This document shows positions 9,004 to 17,903 of a stretch of 19,661 bases of DNA, one piece after another. Every line of letters starts with the position of its first letter. Positions within the stretch are counted from its first letter, which is position 1. Source of the stretch: Candidatus Thorarchaeota archaeon (GTDB lineage Archaea; Asgardarchaeota; Thorarchaeia; Thorarchaeales; Thorarchaeaceae); NCBI GenBank assembly GCA_048882325.1, contig JBHLRS010000004.1, positions 1 to 19,661 on the forward strand, read 5' to 3'. A program made the translations under genes and the position numbers. The notes under the pieces are model-generated. The model ran no database searches. It had not been told where the DNA came from and saw only the letters and a program-made list of their open reading frames with translations.

Positions 9004-9609
9004 ATGAGTCATTATGAAGGAGCTCCACCAGAAGACGATTACTACATGGACCCAAAAGAGGTTCTTTCCCAATATAGCGTGGAGTGGGTTTCTCTTAGGA
9101 AATCATATGATGAGATTAAGAAGCAACTCCTTGAAGTTCAATCAGAGCTCAGTCATATTGACCGTCAACTGGAAACTGGGCAGATCACAGATCAAGAACA
9201 TCTAGTGCTCTACAAGGAAAAATGGTCAGAATCCACACAAATTGTTCAAGTGAAGCGAGAAGTGGAAAGTCGACTGTTTGAGATTCAAAGAGAGCTGCGT
9301 GCAGCAAATCGTAAGCTTAAGCAAGAAGAAGCTGAGCGTAAAAGACGTGAGAGAGTTGAACAAGAGAAAGCTAATGCAATGATTGAGTGGATGTCACTCA
9401 AGCAGGGTTTTGACCTAGTTATAGCTAGACGAAATGAGATTAATGCGGAGTCGGATAGATTAGAAGTTCAACGTCGCAGTGGTGGAATCTCGGAAGAGAA
9501 ATATAGAGAGAGTCGAATTGACCACATTAGACAGCTAGCTGAACTTAGCACTGTCGAGTCTGATGTCAAGCGAAGACTTGGTGAGCTCTTAGAAATTATC
9601 AGACGTTGA
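9004..9609 (+). CDS. Coiled-coil protein with two internal repeats (CdvA-like/SHOCT-like)
   Basis: AGGAG SD at 8991-8995 before ATG 9004. Repeats EWVSLRKSYD...GQITDQEH and EWMSLKQGFD...GGISEEKY. Confidence 0.75.
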   Translation: MSHYEGAPPEDDYYMDPKEVLSQYSVEWVSLRKSYDEIKKQLLEVQSELSHIDRQLETGQITDQEHLVLYKEKWSESTQIVQVKREVESRLFEIQRELRAANRKLKQEEAERKRRERVEQEKANAMIEWMSLKQGFDLVIARRNEINAESDRLEVQRRSGGISEEKYRESRIDHIRQLAELSTVESDVKRRLGELLEIIRR

Positions 9610-9640
9610 GTCTTGATTAGAATTTCAGAAAAAGTGTGAA

Positions 9641-9668
9641 TTGCAGAACCCTCGAATGGGTTCTGCAA
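9641..9668. terminator. Perfect 11-bp hairpin between convergent genes; probable terminator or 3' stability hairpin for gdhA
   Basis: TTGCAGAACCC-TCGAAT-GGGTTCTGCAA, followed on the minus strand by TTCACACTTTTTCT. Confidence 0.7.
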
Positions 9669-9674
9669 ATGAAT

Positions 9675-11027
9675 CTATACGCGATGACCTTGCGCTATCA
9701 TTGCATCTGCGACCTTCAGGAAGCCTGCAATGTTAGCACCAACGACATAGTTGCTCTTCTGCTCAAACATCTCAGCAGTCTTGTACGCATTAGCGTGAAT
9801 TGCCTGCATGATATGTTTCAGTTTAGCATCAACCTCTTCACGGGTCCAGAAGAAGCGTTGGCTATTCTGAGCCATCTCAAGACCGGAAACTGAAACACCA
9901 CCCGCGTTAGCAGCTTTACCCGGACCAAAGAGAACTCCGCCTTCAAGAAATATCTCGACACCTTCGGGGACAGTCGGCATGTTTGCACCTTCACCCACAG
10001 CCATGCAACCACTATCAACAAGCATTTTTGCCTCATTAGCATCAACCTCATTCTGAGTTGCGCTTGGAAGTGCGATGTCGCATTTCAGGCTCCAAGGAGT
10101 ACCATCCTTAGTCACAGTATAATCAACCTTGAAATTCTCAGCATACTCCTTGATACGACCTCTGCGGACGTTCTTCAAATCCATAATCCAGGCTAATTTC
10201 TCCCTGTCTATACCGTCAGGGTCGTGAATCCAACCTGTTGAGTCACTCATTGCAATGACCTTGGCGCCAAGGTCGATACACTTCTCAGTCGCGAATTGAG
10301 CAACGTTTCCAGAACCAGAAACTACAACTGTCTTACCCTTCATCTCCTCGCCGCGAGTCTTCAACATCTCTTCAACAAAGTAGACACATCCGTATCCTGT
10401 TGCTTCAGGTCGAATCAGTGAACCACCCCAACCAGCACCCTTACCAGTCAGTACACATGTACCGTGGTTGTTTGTGATCTTTCTATATGCACCATATAAA
10501 TAACCAATTTCACGACCACCTACACCAATATCTCCAGCAGGTACATCAATAAACTGGCCAATGTGTCGGTAGAGCTCAAACATCATACTTTCACAGAAGC
10601 TCTCTACCTCTGCATCTGTCTTGCCCTTGGGATCAAAATCAGACCCTCCCTTTCCACCGCCCATTGGTAGTGTTGTAAGGCTGTTCTTGAAAATTTGTTC
10701 AAAACCAAGAAACTTCAGTATGCCTTGTGTTACTGTAGGATGAAAACGAAGTCCACCCTTGTAAGGACCAAGAGCTGAATTGAATTGAACCCTGAAACCA
10801 CGGTTGACCTGAATCTTGTTATCTCTATCCTTCCAGGGTATACGGAACTGAATTAGTCGCTCAGGTTCCGTAATCCTCTCAAGAATAGAGTTTTCCTTGT
10901 ACTGGGGATACTTCTGGATAGCAGGCTCCAGAGATTCCAGAACTTCCAACGCGGCCTGATGAAAGACCTTCTGATGAGGATCTTTCTCAACGACGCGATT
11001 GTAGACACTTTCTATGTACTTATCCAA
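9675..11027 (-). CDS. gdhA: Glutamate dehydrogenase (NADP-specific GdhA type)
   Basis: GPYKGGLRFHP, MGGGKGGSDFDP, DVPAGDIGVG, GGSLIRPEATGYG, SGSGNVAQ and KAANAGGV. Confidence 0.98.
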   Translation of the reverse strand: MDKYIESVYNRVVEKDPHQKVFHQAALEVLESLEPAIQKYPQYKENSILERITEPERLIQFRIPWKDRDNKIQVNRGFRVQFNSALGPYKGGLRFHPTVTQGILKFLGFEQIFKNSLTTLPMGGGKGGSDFDPKGKTDAEVESFCESMMFELYRHIGQFIDVPAGDIGVGGREIGYLYGAYRKITNNHGTCVLTGKGAGWGGSLIRPEATGYGCVYFVEEMLKTRGEEMKGKTVVVSGSGNVAQFATEKCIDLGAKVIAMSDSTGWIHDPDGIDREKLAWIMDLKNVRRGRIKEYAENFKVDYTVTKDGTPWSLKCDIALPSATQNEVDANEAKMLVDSGCMAVGEGANMPTVPEGVEIFLEGGVLFGPGKAANAGGVSVSGLEMAQNSQRFFWTREEVDAKLKHIMQAIHANAYKTAEMFEQKSNYVVGANIAGFLKVADAMIAQGHRV

Positions 11028-11207
11028 TGGTACTCACTCACCACTAGTTATACGGGTCGTGGCGCATGCTGGGTTCCACATAAATCAATCGGATTCGGAC
11101 CCAAACATAAAAAATCATCTAAATTGGGGTCTCCATCCATCAAAACTCAATTTTGTAAGACAAACAGTCATTAGCCATATTCACTATGAGTTACGCGAGC
11201 TGATGGA

Positions 11208-11849
11208 ATGCCAACATTTGAACAAGAATGGATATCACCGATTCTCGAAGTGTATAAGAAAAGAAAGATTACCGAGAGATATTCTGTTATTTTGGGATTG
11301 AATCCAGTCGGACAAGCTCTCTGCAGAAAACTATACGAAGACAATGAGTTTGAAACTGTTCTACTCTTCAACTCTCCAGCTTTCTCATCATGGAACAGAT
11401 ATCCAATCGATATGAAACCTCCCGTGGTACCAATTCACGGTATGGTTGCGGAGGATTTGATGATTATCTTTGGTGATGTGATGATAAAAGAGTATGATTG
11501 GATGACTGATCTCTTATTCTATCTGAGGGGAAATGTACCAACCAGATTCGTTATTTCTTTAATGACCCACGATGGACCCACCTGCGGACAAGTCCTCTCA
11601 AAGAAAGGTGATAGACTGCTAAAGCGAATGGATGTACCATTGGGTAGATCAGACTTCTATGACGGAGTTACCGCCCCGCTCATCAGTGTTGGCAATGCAG
11701 CAGGTTTAGATCCAGTGATTCTGTTTTTGGAGGCATCAAAAGACAGGGAGATTCTCCTTCAGGTTGATGATGTCGCAGTAACCCAAGCGGATGTTGACGA
11801 AGCTCATATGCTACTTAAGATAGGCCTTGACTTTCAGTTGTCGAGCTAG
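11208..11849 (+). CDS. Divergent PAC2-family (proteasome assembly chaperone, PbaA/PbaB-like) protein
   Basis: The pattern ILGLNPVGQALCRKL...FNSPAF...PPVVPIH...LMIIFGD...DGVTAPLI...GLDPVILFLE follows the PAC2 layout. No C-terminal HbYX motif (ends LSS). Confidence 0.6.
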   Translation: MPTFEQEWISPILEVYKKRKITERYSVILGLNPVGQALCRKLYEDNEFETVLLFNSPAFSSWNRYPIDMKPPVVPIHGMVAEDLMIIFGDVMIKEYDWMTDLLFYLRGNVPTRFVISLMTHDGPTCGQVLSKKGDRLLKRMDVPLGRSDFYDGVTAPLISVGNAAGLDPVILFLEASKDREILLQVDDVAVTQADVDEAHMLLKIGLDFQLSS

Positions 11850-12571
11850 TCGATATCTTCATCAGATATCGTGCGCCCGTAACCAGTACGATCTCGTCCA
11901 GCTAATTGATCAAACCTCTGATGTATGTCACTTCGGGATATACGACTGTCACATTGAGAACACATGAGAGCTCGAGTCTCTTTCGCGTTTACTATTTCAC
12001 CACAAGAGATACAGGTCCAGAGACCACCTTGGATAAGTTTGGTCTTTCGGAATACAACCTTAGCCATGTCACGAAGTGATTCTGGACAGTCGTCTGCAAT
12101 ACCAATTACCCCTTTTTCAGACCACTCACAAAGAACAGACACTAGAGTAGTCATTAGTTCAATGATTCGTGTAGTTCGATCCTCAATCTCGGTTGATAAT
12201 TCAGACTTAGTATCCTTTGGTGCATCAGGAATCCTTGACAATGTTTCAATGAAAGCAAAGAAAGCAGGAGCAGGAAATCTGTCCCTTCCTTTAGCTTCGA
12301 CCATCTGACCTAGAACTGCTGATATCATCAGAGTTTGTGTGTAGTCCTCACGCAGAATCTTCTCAGCTTCGCGTACAATCTTTACAGCATCTATCCGATA
12401 TTTCGAATCCGATAGCCCATGTTCACCTGCTATATTTTTGACAGAGTCGATCAGTCCTATACCCTTAGCCATCATCCGATTGACCTTTCGTGCAATGGTT
12501 TGGTATGGAAGACCAACATCGTTAGCTAACTGCTGCAGTAAATCCCTGGCTGTTAAACTCACACGAAGCAC
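11846..12571 (-). CDS. Hypothetical helical protein with a C-terminal C4 zinc finger
   Basis: 241-aa ORF with WTCISCG...LMCSQCD. Convergent 4-nt overlap with the PAC2-like gene. Confidence 0.75.
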   Translation of the reverse strand: MLRVSLTARDLLQQLANDVGLPYQTIARKVNRMMAKGIGLIDSVKNIAGEHGLSDSKYRIDAVKIVREAEKILREDYTQTLMISAVLGQMVEAKGRDRFPAPAFFAFIETLSRIPDAPKDTKSELSTEIEDRTTRIIELMTTLVSVLCEWSEKGVIGIADDCPESLRDMAKVVFRKTKLIQGGLWTCISCGEIVNAKETRALMCSQCDSRISRSDIHQRFDQLAGRDRTGYGRTISDEDID

Positions 12572-12698
12572 GTACCTGTGGCGGCAAGATTCAATGACAC
12601 CACGACCATTTTAGGTTACCGTAGCACTTCTTGCTGGAAGAGGGCTCGGTGACAAATCTCATAAAGGCAGACTTGTCGCCCACTCTTGGTGGTCTACC

Positions 12699-13685
12699 AT
12701 GAAAGACTATGATGTCATCTTGGCCAGTGGTGCAGAACACCTGAAGGAAAGCTTCCAAGAAGAGGGATATCGAGTATTCACATCTGGACTCAACTATGAT
12801 AGAAGACGCCTTTTCCCCAATGCAGATATCTATGCAAAATTGGAGGATGTTTCAGAACTATCGAACAGACGTGTAGTAATCATTCAAAGCTGCACAGGTT
12901 CAGGTCCTGCAGAGAATGAGTCCTACACGACATCAGATCGGGTTGTGGAACTACTTCTTTTGCTTGATTTGCTCTCAAGACCAGAAGTAGTTCGGGAGAT
13001 AGGACACAAATGCTATGAATGCAAGCCGATAGCTCCTCCAGCGAGTGTAGAGGTTGTACTCACCTTCCAACCATTTGCCTTACAAGACAAATCCTTCCGA
13101 ACGGGAGAAGCTGTGTCTGGGAGGTGGGCAATTGAAACTATGGTCAAGTCCTGCAACAAAGTATGGGTTGTTAATCCACATGCTCCCGATAGTCTTGATT
13201 GGGTCGCAGCCTTGAGGGAGAAGAACCTCTATGAAACGATTGATGTGATCCCAGACCTTGTCAGATTTGCTGAGAAACAGTTCGGTTTCAAGAACTGTAT
13301 TCTCGTTACGCCTGATGAAGGAGCTCAGGAGAGATACAAAATAAAGGGCTTTGGAAAAAGAAGAGAAAACTCATACAAAGTAGACCTTCATGGGGAAATA
13401 GATGTCGAGGATAAAGAGGTCATCATTGTTGATGATTTAACAAAGAGTGGTAGTACTCTACTCAAAGCTGCAGACAGACTCAGAAACCAAGGTGCTGCAG
13501 ATGTTGGAATGGTTGTTGCGCATGTTCTACCACTGACTGAGCGGGGCGAAGATCTCCTTGAGGAACTCATAGAGAAGGCCAGAGGGATGATTGTTTCAAC
13601 AAATACGGTTCACACAGAAATATTCGGTGAACAGAACCCACAATTGACCTACAATATTGTTCATACATTAATCAAGTATCTATAA
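12699..13685 (+). CDS. Divergent ribose-phosphate pyrophosphokinase-like phosphoribosyltransferase
   Basis: FPNADIY, IIQS, LQDKSFRTGEAVS, VNPH, TPDEGA, KRR and the PRPP loop IIVDDLTKSGSTL. Confidence 0.8.
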   Translation: MKDYDVILASGAEHLKESFQEEGYRVFTSGLNYDRRRLFPNADIYAKLEDVSELSNRRVVIIQSCTGSGPAENESYTTSDRVVELLLLLDLLSRPEVVREIGHKCYECKPIAPPASVEVVLTFQPFALQDKSFRTGEAVSGRWAIETMVKSCNKVWVVNPHAPDSLDWVAALREKNLYETIDVIPDLVRFAEKQFGFKNCILVTPDEGAQERYKIKGFGKRRENSYKVDLHGEIDVEDKEVIIVDDLTKSGSTLLKAADRLRNQGAADVGMVVAHVLPLTERGEDLLEELIEKARGMIVSTNTVHTEIFGEQNPQLTYNIVHTLIKYL

Positions 13686-13694
13686 TCGCTGAAC

Positions 13695-13919
13695 TCAATC
13701 TACGTAGTCTTCAGCTGCACCCTTTGCAGTCCATGCTTTAGCACTAAGTCGTTCAACCAGATTTCTCTTCTCGAGGTCAATTAGTGCTTGGACCACATCG
13801 TTCTGATTACAATCAACGTTCCGCCTTCTTAGAATTGAAGCGATAGCATTTGGTCTACGGGCGTCAGCTAAAATGATTCCTAGAATTTTCCTTTGAAGCT
13901 CAGTGATTTCCTCGCTCAT
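13695..13919 (-). CDS. Small winged helix-turn-helix protein
   Basis: ITELQRKILGII...PNAIASIL...DVVQALIDLEKRNLVER...W. Start is ATG 13919 or 13928. Confidence 0.7.
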   Translation of the reverse strand: MSEEITELQRKILGIILADARRPNAIASILRRRNVDCNQNDVVQALIDLEKRNLVERLSAKAWTAKGAAEDYVD

Positions 13920-14029
13920 TATAACCATGCAAGTCGGCTCCTGTTTGGTTCTTAAGCCTATCTCTATCTCAGGCTTATTATTTCGAAACCCTTTTGTTGT
14001 GAGTGACAGCTGCGCCTAAAGATTGTTAC

Positions 14030-14782
14030 ATGACAGACGACAAAGAGTACCACATCAATATTGCACCCGGTGAGATACCTGAGCTTGTTCTCCTACCAGG
14101 TGATCCAGCCCGAGCAAAGAATATAGCAATGAAGTTCTTTGACGAACCTGAGGAGATTGCCAAGAAGAGAGAGTATTGGAGTTTCAAAGGCAAGTGGAAG
14201 GGTGTGTCTGTGGCAGTTTGTTCAACGGGTATTGGTTGTCCTTCAGCCGCTATTGCATTAGAAGAACTAGTGAAGGTTGGATGTACAACATTTCTGCGAG
14301 TCGGAACGTCAGGAGCAATCAGCCGTTCTGTTCATGCAGGTGACCTAATCATCTTCACTGGATCAGTCAGAGATGATGGCACTTCGCGCCAGTATGTTCC
14401 CATCGAGTTTCCTGCTGTTGCTGATCCTGAACTTGTACTCGCCTTGAAAAAAGCAGCTGAGGAGAACGGAACAAGTTACCATGTCGGCATAGGGCATAGC
14501 AAAGACGCATTCTACAGTGAGCATGCGGATTATGTGACAGATCCAGAAGGAACTCGAAAAAAGTGGGAAACGATGAGAGAGATAGGTGTCTTGGCTACTG
14601 AGATGGAAGCTGCGGCATTGTTTGTCATAGGGCATCTTCGTGGTGTAAGGGTCGGAGCCATTTGCGTGGCGATAGGAGAGAATGTGGAGGAAGAAGCTAA
14701 GATTGTAGGCAAACCACCAATCGATGAATTGGTTGCTGTCGGACTTGATGCAGTGATATCCTTCAAGAAACAGTCTGATTAG
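14030..14782 (+). CDS. udp: Uridine/nucleoside phosphorylase (PNP_UDP_1 family)
   Basis: YHI, LLPGDPARA, REY, STGIGCPS, EEL, RVGTSG, DAFY and EMEAA. The likely start is ATG 14030. Confidence 0.9.
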   Translation: MTDDKEYHINIAPGEIPELVLLPGDPARAKNIAMKFFDEPEEIAKKREYWSFKGKWKGVSVAVCSTGIGCPSAAIALEELVKVGCTTFLRVGTSGAISRSVHAGDLIIFTGSVRDDGTSRQYVPIEFPAVADPELVLALKKAAEENGTSYHVGIGHSKDAFYSEHADYVTDPEGTRKKWETMREIGVLATEMEAAALFVIGHLRGVRVGAICVAIGENVEEEAKIVGKPPIDELVAVGLDAVISFKKQSD

Positions 14783-15573
14783 ATATCACCGAACCAGACC
14801 TTCTTCTGCACAGCCATGTGCAGGTCCTCAGCTGTTCTCTTGTCAATTCCCGTCAATGTTGCTAATTGCTCCGGACTGGTTGCTACCAATTCAGTAGTCG
14901 TAGCAATACCCGAGTTGAAGATCAGATTAATTGTGGGCTCAGGAGTTCCTAGTTCTGTTAATAGACCACGTAGATCAGCCATCGTGTCGACGTTTGCTTT
15001 TGGTGCTGCGACCTCTGGCATATCAGCTTCAATTGGATCAGCCTCGAGAGTTTCAGGTGCAGCTGAGGGTTCTGCAGGTTTTGGAGTTGGCTCAGCTGAT
15101 TTTTTCAGATCACGTAACTCAGCCATCTCACCCTTGACACCATATTTCTCAATGAATGATGGCCTAAGGAAGACTAAACCAAGAATTATGCAGCTGATGA
15201 AGATTAGTACAAGCATCTCACTACTTATGTCGCCCCGAATGATAGATGGGCCGAGTCCAGGTGAAGGTAAACCTCCTATGATTCCCTCAGTAAAAAGAGT
15301 AGTCCAAGAGGTCCCAGTGATATCTGCGAAAAGGACAATCCAAAGAGGTGAGAACAGACCAAATCCGCCTGTTTCAAAGATGAGAAATTTACGAATCACA
15401 TCTCTATTTGCAAAGAACACGAGAACGGGAGGAAAAACTCCGATACCAATAGAAACAATGAACCATGTAAAGTAGATATCCCAGGGTAGTGATTGAATCA
15501 GAATAACTGCGCCTCCTAGAAAACACATGAATGGAAGTATCGCTCCAATAAAGATTCCATAAGCATATCTCAT
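14779..15573 (-). CDS. Membrane protein (about 4 TM helices) with a Pro/Ala/Glu linker and a C-terminal helix-hairpin-helix (RadA-N/HHH_5-like) domain
   Basis: Four hydrophobic segments. C-terminus LGTPEPTINLIFNSGIATTTELVATSPEQLATLTGIDKRTAEDL. GAGGTGA SD at 15583-15589. Confidence 0.8.
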   Translation of the reverse strand: MRYAYGIFIGAILPFMCFLGGAVILIQSLPWDIYFTWFIVSIGIGVFPPVLVFFANRDVIRKFLIFETGGFGLFSPLWIVLFADITGTSWTTLFTEGIIGGLPSPGLGPSIIRGDISSEMLVLIFISCIILGLVFLRPSFIEKYGVKGEMAELRDLKKSAEPTPKPAEPSAAPETLEADPIEADMPEVAAPKANVDTMADLRGLLTELGTPEPTINLIFNSGIATTTELVATSPEQLATLTGIDKRTAEDLHMAVQKKVWFGDI

Positions 15574-15753
15574 ATCTCAAACTCACCTCATTAGTCGTGT
15601 CCAAGTCAAGGGTACGAATGAGTCTTTTAGGTCTTTGTAGGATTTCTCCTGAAAGAGAGAAGTTCCAATAATCCCCATCACTGTTTTGTTGTATTTCGAA
15701 AATCGCTCAAAATATGCGGAAGGGCGCTCTAGAGAGCATCTCTAAGCTAAGCC

Positions 15754-15760
15754 TTATAAG
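15754..15760 (+). promoter_or_regulatory. Putative TATA box of the histone gene
   Basis: TTATAAG about 30 nt upstream of the GGAGGAG SD (15791-15797), consistent with a short leadered transcript. Confidence 0.5.
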
Positions 15761-15807
15761 GGTCTAGAGTGTGTTTTAACGCACCCTTTTGGAGGAGTAA
15801 TGAAGAA

Positions 15808-15978
15808 ATGACATTCATTGTGAAGAAGGCAGTGCAAGACTATGCAAAGAAGAAGAAACTCCAAGTTAGTGGAGATTTCTATCCTGCATTAGATAAGAAA
15901 ATCGAGATGCTTCTCGACAAAGCTGCCAAGAGGACAGGCGAGAATAAGCGTAAGACGCTCAAGTCTTACGATCTCTAA
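15808..15978 (+). CDS. Short archaeal histone-fold protein (alpha3-truncated, face-to-face type)
   Basis: MTFIVKKAVQDYAKKKKLQVSGDFYPALDKKIEMLLDKAAKRTGENKRKTLKSYDL (56 aa), ending in the RKTLxxxDL histone motif. Strong SD GGAGGAG. Confidence 0.88.
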   Translation: MTFIVKKAVQDYAKKKKLQVSGDFYPALDKKIEMLLDKAAKRTGENKRKTLKSYDL

Positions 15979-15999
15979 TAGAGTCCTATGATGCCGGGA

Positions 16000-16033
16000 G
16001 TGGGAGCACAAATGTGCTTCCACAACCTTTTTT
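16000..16033 (+). terminator. Hairpin plus T6 tract after the histone gene
   Basis: GTGGGAGCAC-AAAT-GTGCTTCCAC (10 bp including one G:U), then AACC and TTTTTT. Confidence 0.75.
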
Positions 16034-16106
16034 CTTCCTCCTAACACCACTCTTATCTAGTTGTGATGAGGTGGCAAGGTGCTACTACGCTAAGGAGCTA
16101 TTTTCA

Positions 16107-16886
16107 ATGTATAGGGTGTGTCTCACTAACGATGATGGTCCGAGAAGCGAGGGACTGTTAAAGCTTGCAGAATCGCTGATGAAGGTTGTAGAGGTAATAG
16201 TCGTTGTGCCAGATGGACAACGTAGTGCGACTGGTAAGACCTTGACCCTAAAGAGACCAATACGAATCACGGAGAAACATGATACTAATGGTTATCAGTT
16301 TGTCTCTCATGATGGTGCGCCAGCTGATTCAGTGATTCTTGCACAAGCATTCTATGAAAACATTGACCTATTGATTTCTGGAATAAATTCAGGAGCAAAT
16401 GTTGGATATCAGAGCATGTTGACAAGTGGAACAGTCGGAGCAGCCTTCGAGGCGGCCATTAGAGGACTACCATCAATTGCTGTATCTCGGCAAGCTTCAC
16501 CAGAGGAGTGGTTTGAAGCTATAGGTGCTGATGGTGATTGCGAGAAGATGTGTGAGATAATAACTGAGCTCGTTATGAGAGTCCTCAAGAAGGGTATGCC
16601 AAAAGGAATTGACATGTTAAATCTGAACTTTCCGAATAAGCTTTCTGAAGATTCTAAATTAGTAATCACAAAACCGACCAAAGTTCGAATGCATAATGAA
16701 GTTGAGGAAAGAAAAGATCCTATGGGTAGACCGTACTATTGGTATCTAGGAATTGAACGAGACCCTCTGCCAAAATCGGATGCTTATGAGGTATTCATTC
16801 ATGGAAACATCTCCTTGTCACCAGTCATTTTGGATTGGATTACCGAAAAAGAAGTGGAAACATTGGAAGAGTTCATGAAGGATTGA
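16107..16886 (+). CDS. surE: 5'/3'-nucleotidase SurE
   Basis: LTNDDG, DGAPADSV, ISGINSGAN, SGTVGAA, LNLNFP and DPMGRPYYW. AAGGAG SD before ATG 16107. Confidence 0.95.
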   Translation: MYRVCLTNDDGPRSEGLLKLAESLMKVVEVIVVVPDGQRSATGKTLTLKRPIRITEKHDTNGYQFVSHDGAPADSVILAQAFYENIDLLISGINSGANVGYQSMLTSGTVGAAFEAAIRGLPSIAVSRQASPEEWFEAIGADGDCEKMCEIITELVMRVLKKGMPKGIDMLNLNFPNKLSEDSKLVITKPTKVRMHNEVEERKDPMGRPYYWYLGIERDPLPKSDAYEVFIHGNISLSPVILDWITEKEVETLEEFMKD

Positions 16887-17883
16887 CCTTTTTCAGGGCA
16901 TCCCAGAGGGCATCGGTTTCTGGTCGTTCGAGATGGAGTCTATCTGAATCAGTTATGATTATCCTATGATTTGAGTCCTCTACAATTTTGCCAATCACAC
17001 AAGCTGATACACCTCTAGACTGGACTGTATTAACGACTTCAGTAGCATACTCAGCCTTACAGCAGATTATCATGCACCCACTACTGATAAGCTCCATTGG
17101 GTTTACATTTAACAAATCGCAGATCATCCTTGTGGATTCATCAATTGGAATTGCATCTTTGTATATCTCAAATCCTACTTTACTGGCGTCGCAGATTTCA
17201 TGAAGTCCGCCAGAGAGTCCGCCTTCAGTAGGGTCATGCATAGCTGTAACATGCCCTGTTTCAAAGGCAGCAACTCCTTCTGCAACGACACTGAGATCTT
17301 TCCTGAGAGCCTTCGCATTTGTTACAACTACCTCTCCAAGTGTGGATGATAAATAATCAAAGCCTTCAGTGGCGAGTATCGCGGCTCCTTCAAGTGCTAT
17401 TGACTTTGTCACTACAATTGAGTTTCCGGGTTTAGCTCCTGAGGATGTCACATACTCTCCTTCCCCTGTTATGCCTATCATAAACCCAACTACAATTGGT
17501 CTGTCAATCCCTTCTGTTATTTCAGAATGACCTCCAGCAACAGAGATTCCAAGTATACTAGCAGCCTCATCAATTTGCGCTGTGACAAATCCCAGTTGTT
17601 CAGGCGTCGAATCCTTGGGTAGGATAATAGAAGCTAGAAACCATCGTGGATAGACGCCGAAAGTTGCAATGTCATTAGCATTCACGTGAACTGAAAGCCA
17701 ACCTACATCAGACACTGAACCGGTTATGGGATCAGTCGCAGCAATAATAACTTTGTCACCTATTCGAATAACTGAAGCATCCTCACCTAAACTAGGTCCA
17801 AGAAGTACATCGGGATCTTTGACCCCTAACTTTTCGAACACAATCTTCTGAAGGATTTCCGGAGGTACTTTTCCAGGACGCAT
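16873..17883 (-). CDS. AIR synthase-related protein (HypE/PurM-like family)
   Basis: GKVPPEIL, GPSLGEDAS, TDPITG, VHVNANDIAT, AGGHSE, AMHDPTEGG and LISSG. The likely start is ATG 17883. Confidence 0.9.
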   Translation of the reverse strand: MRPGKVPPEILQKIVFEKLGVKDPDVLLGPSLGEDASVIRIGDKVIIAATDPITGSVSDVGWLSVHVNANDIATFGVYPRWFLASIILPKDSTPEQLGFVTAQIDEAASILGISVAGGHSEITEGIDRPIVVGFMIGITGEGEYVTSSGAKPGNSIVVTKSIALEGAAILATEGFDYLSSTLGEVVVTNAKALRKDLSVVAEGVAAFETGHVTAMHDPTEGGLSGGLHEICDASKVGFEIYKDAIPIDESTRMICDLLNVNPMELISSGCMIICCKAEYATEVVNTVQSRGVSACVIGKIVEDSNHRIIITDSDRLHLERPETDALWDALKKVNPS

Positions 17884-17903
17884 TGCAGCCACCACTAAAG
17901 GGA

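Noticed and set aside
11028-11207. Possible regulatory RNA or small ORFs in the gdhA/PAC2 divergent gap
   Set aside because: Only weak short repeats (ACATAAA twice) and no convincing stem; consistent with two ordinary promoters.
13695-13919. Z-alpha (Z-DNA binding) domain
   Set aside because: It has the wing Trp but lacks the conserved Asn, Tyr and Pro residues; treated as a generic wHTH.
14816-15475. 219-aa plus-strand ORF, and the other short overlapping ORFs in the track
   Set aside because: They lie antisense or out of frame within well-supported genes and have no recognisable motifs.
16000-16023. Homology to the metazoan histone mRNA 3' stem-loop
   Set aside because: Stem length and loop differ from that consensus; a terminator-type hairpin with a U-tract explains it.
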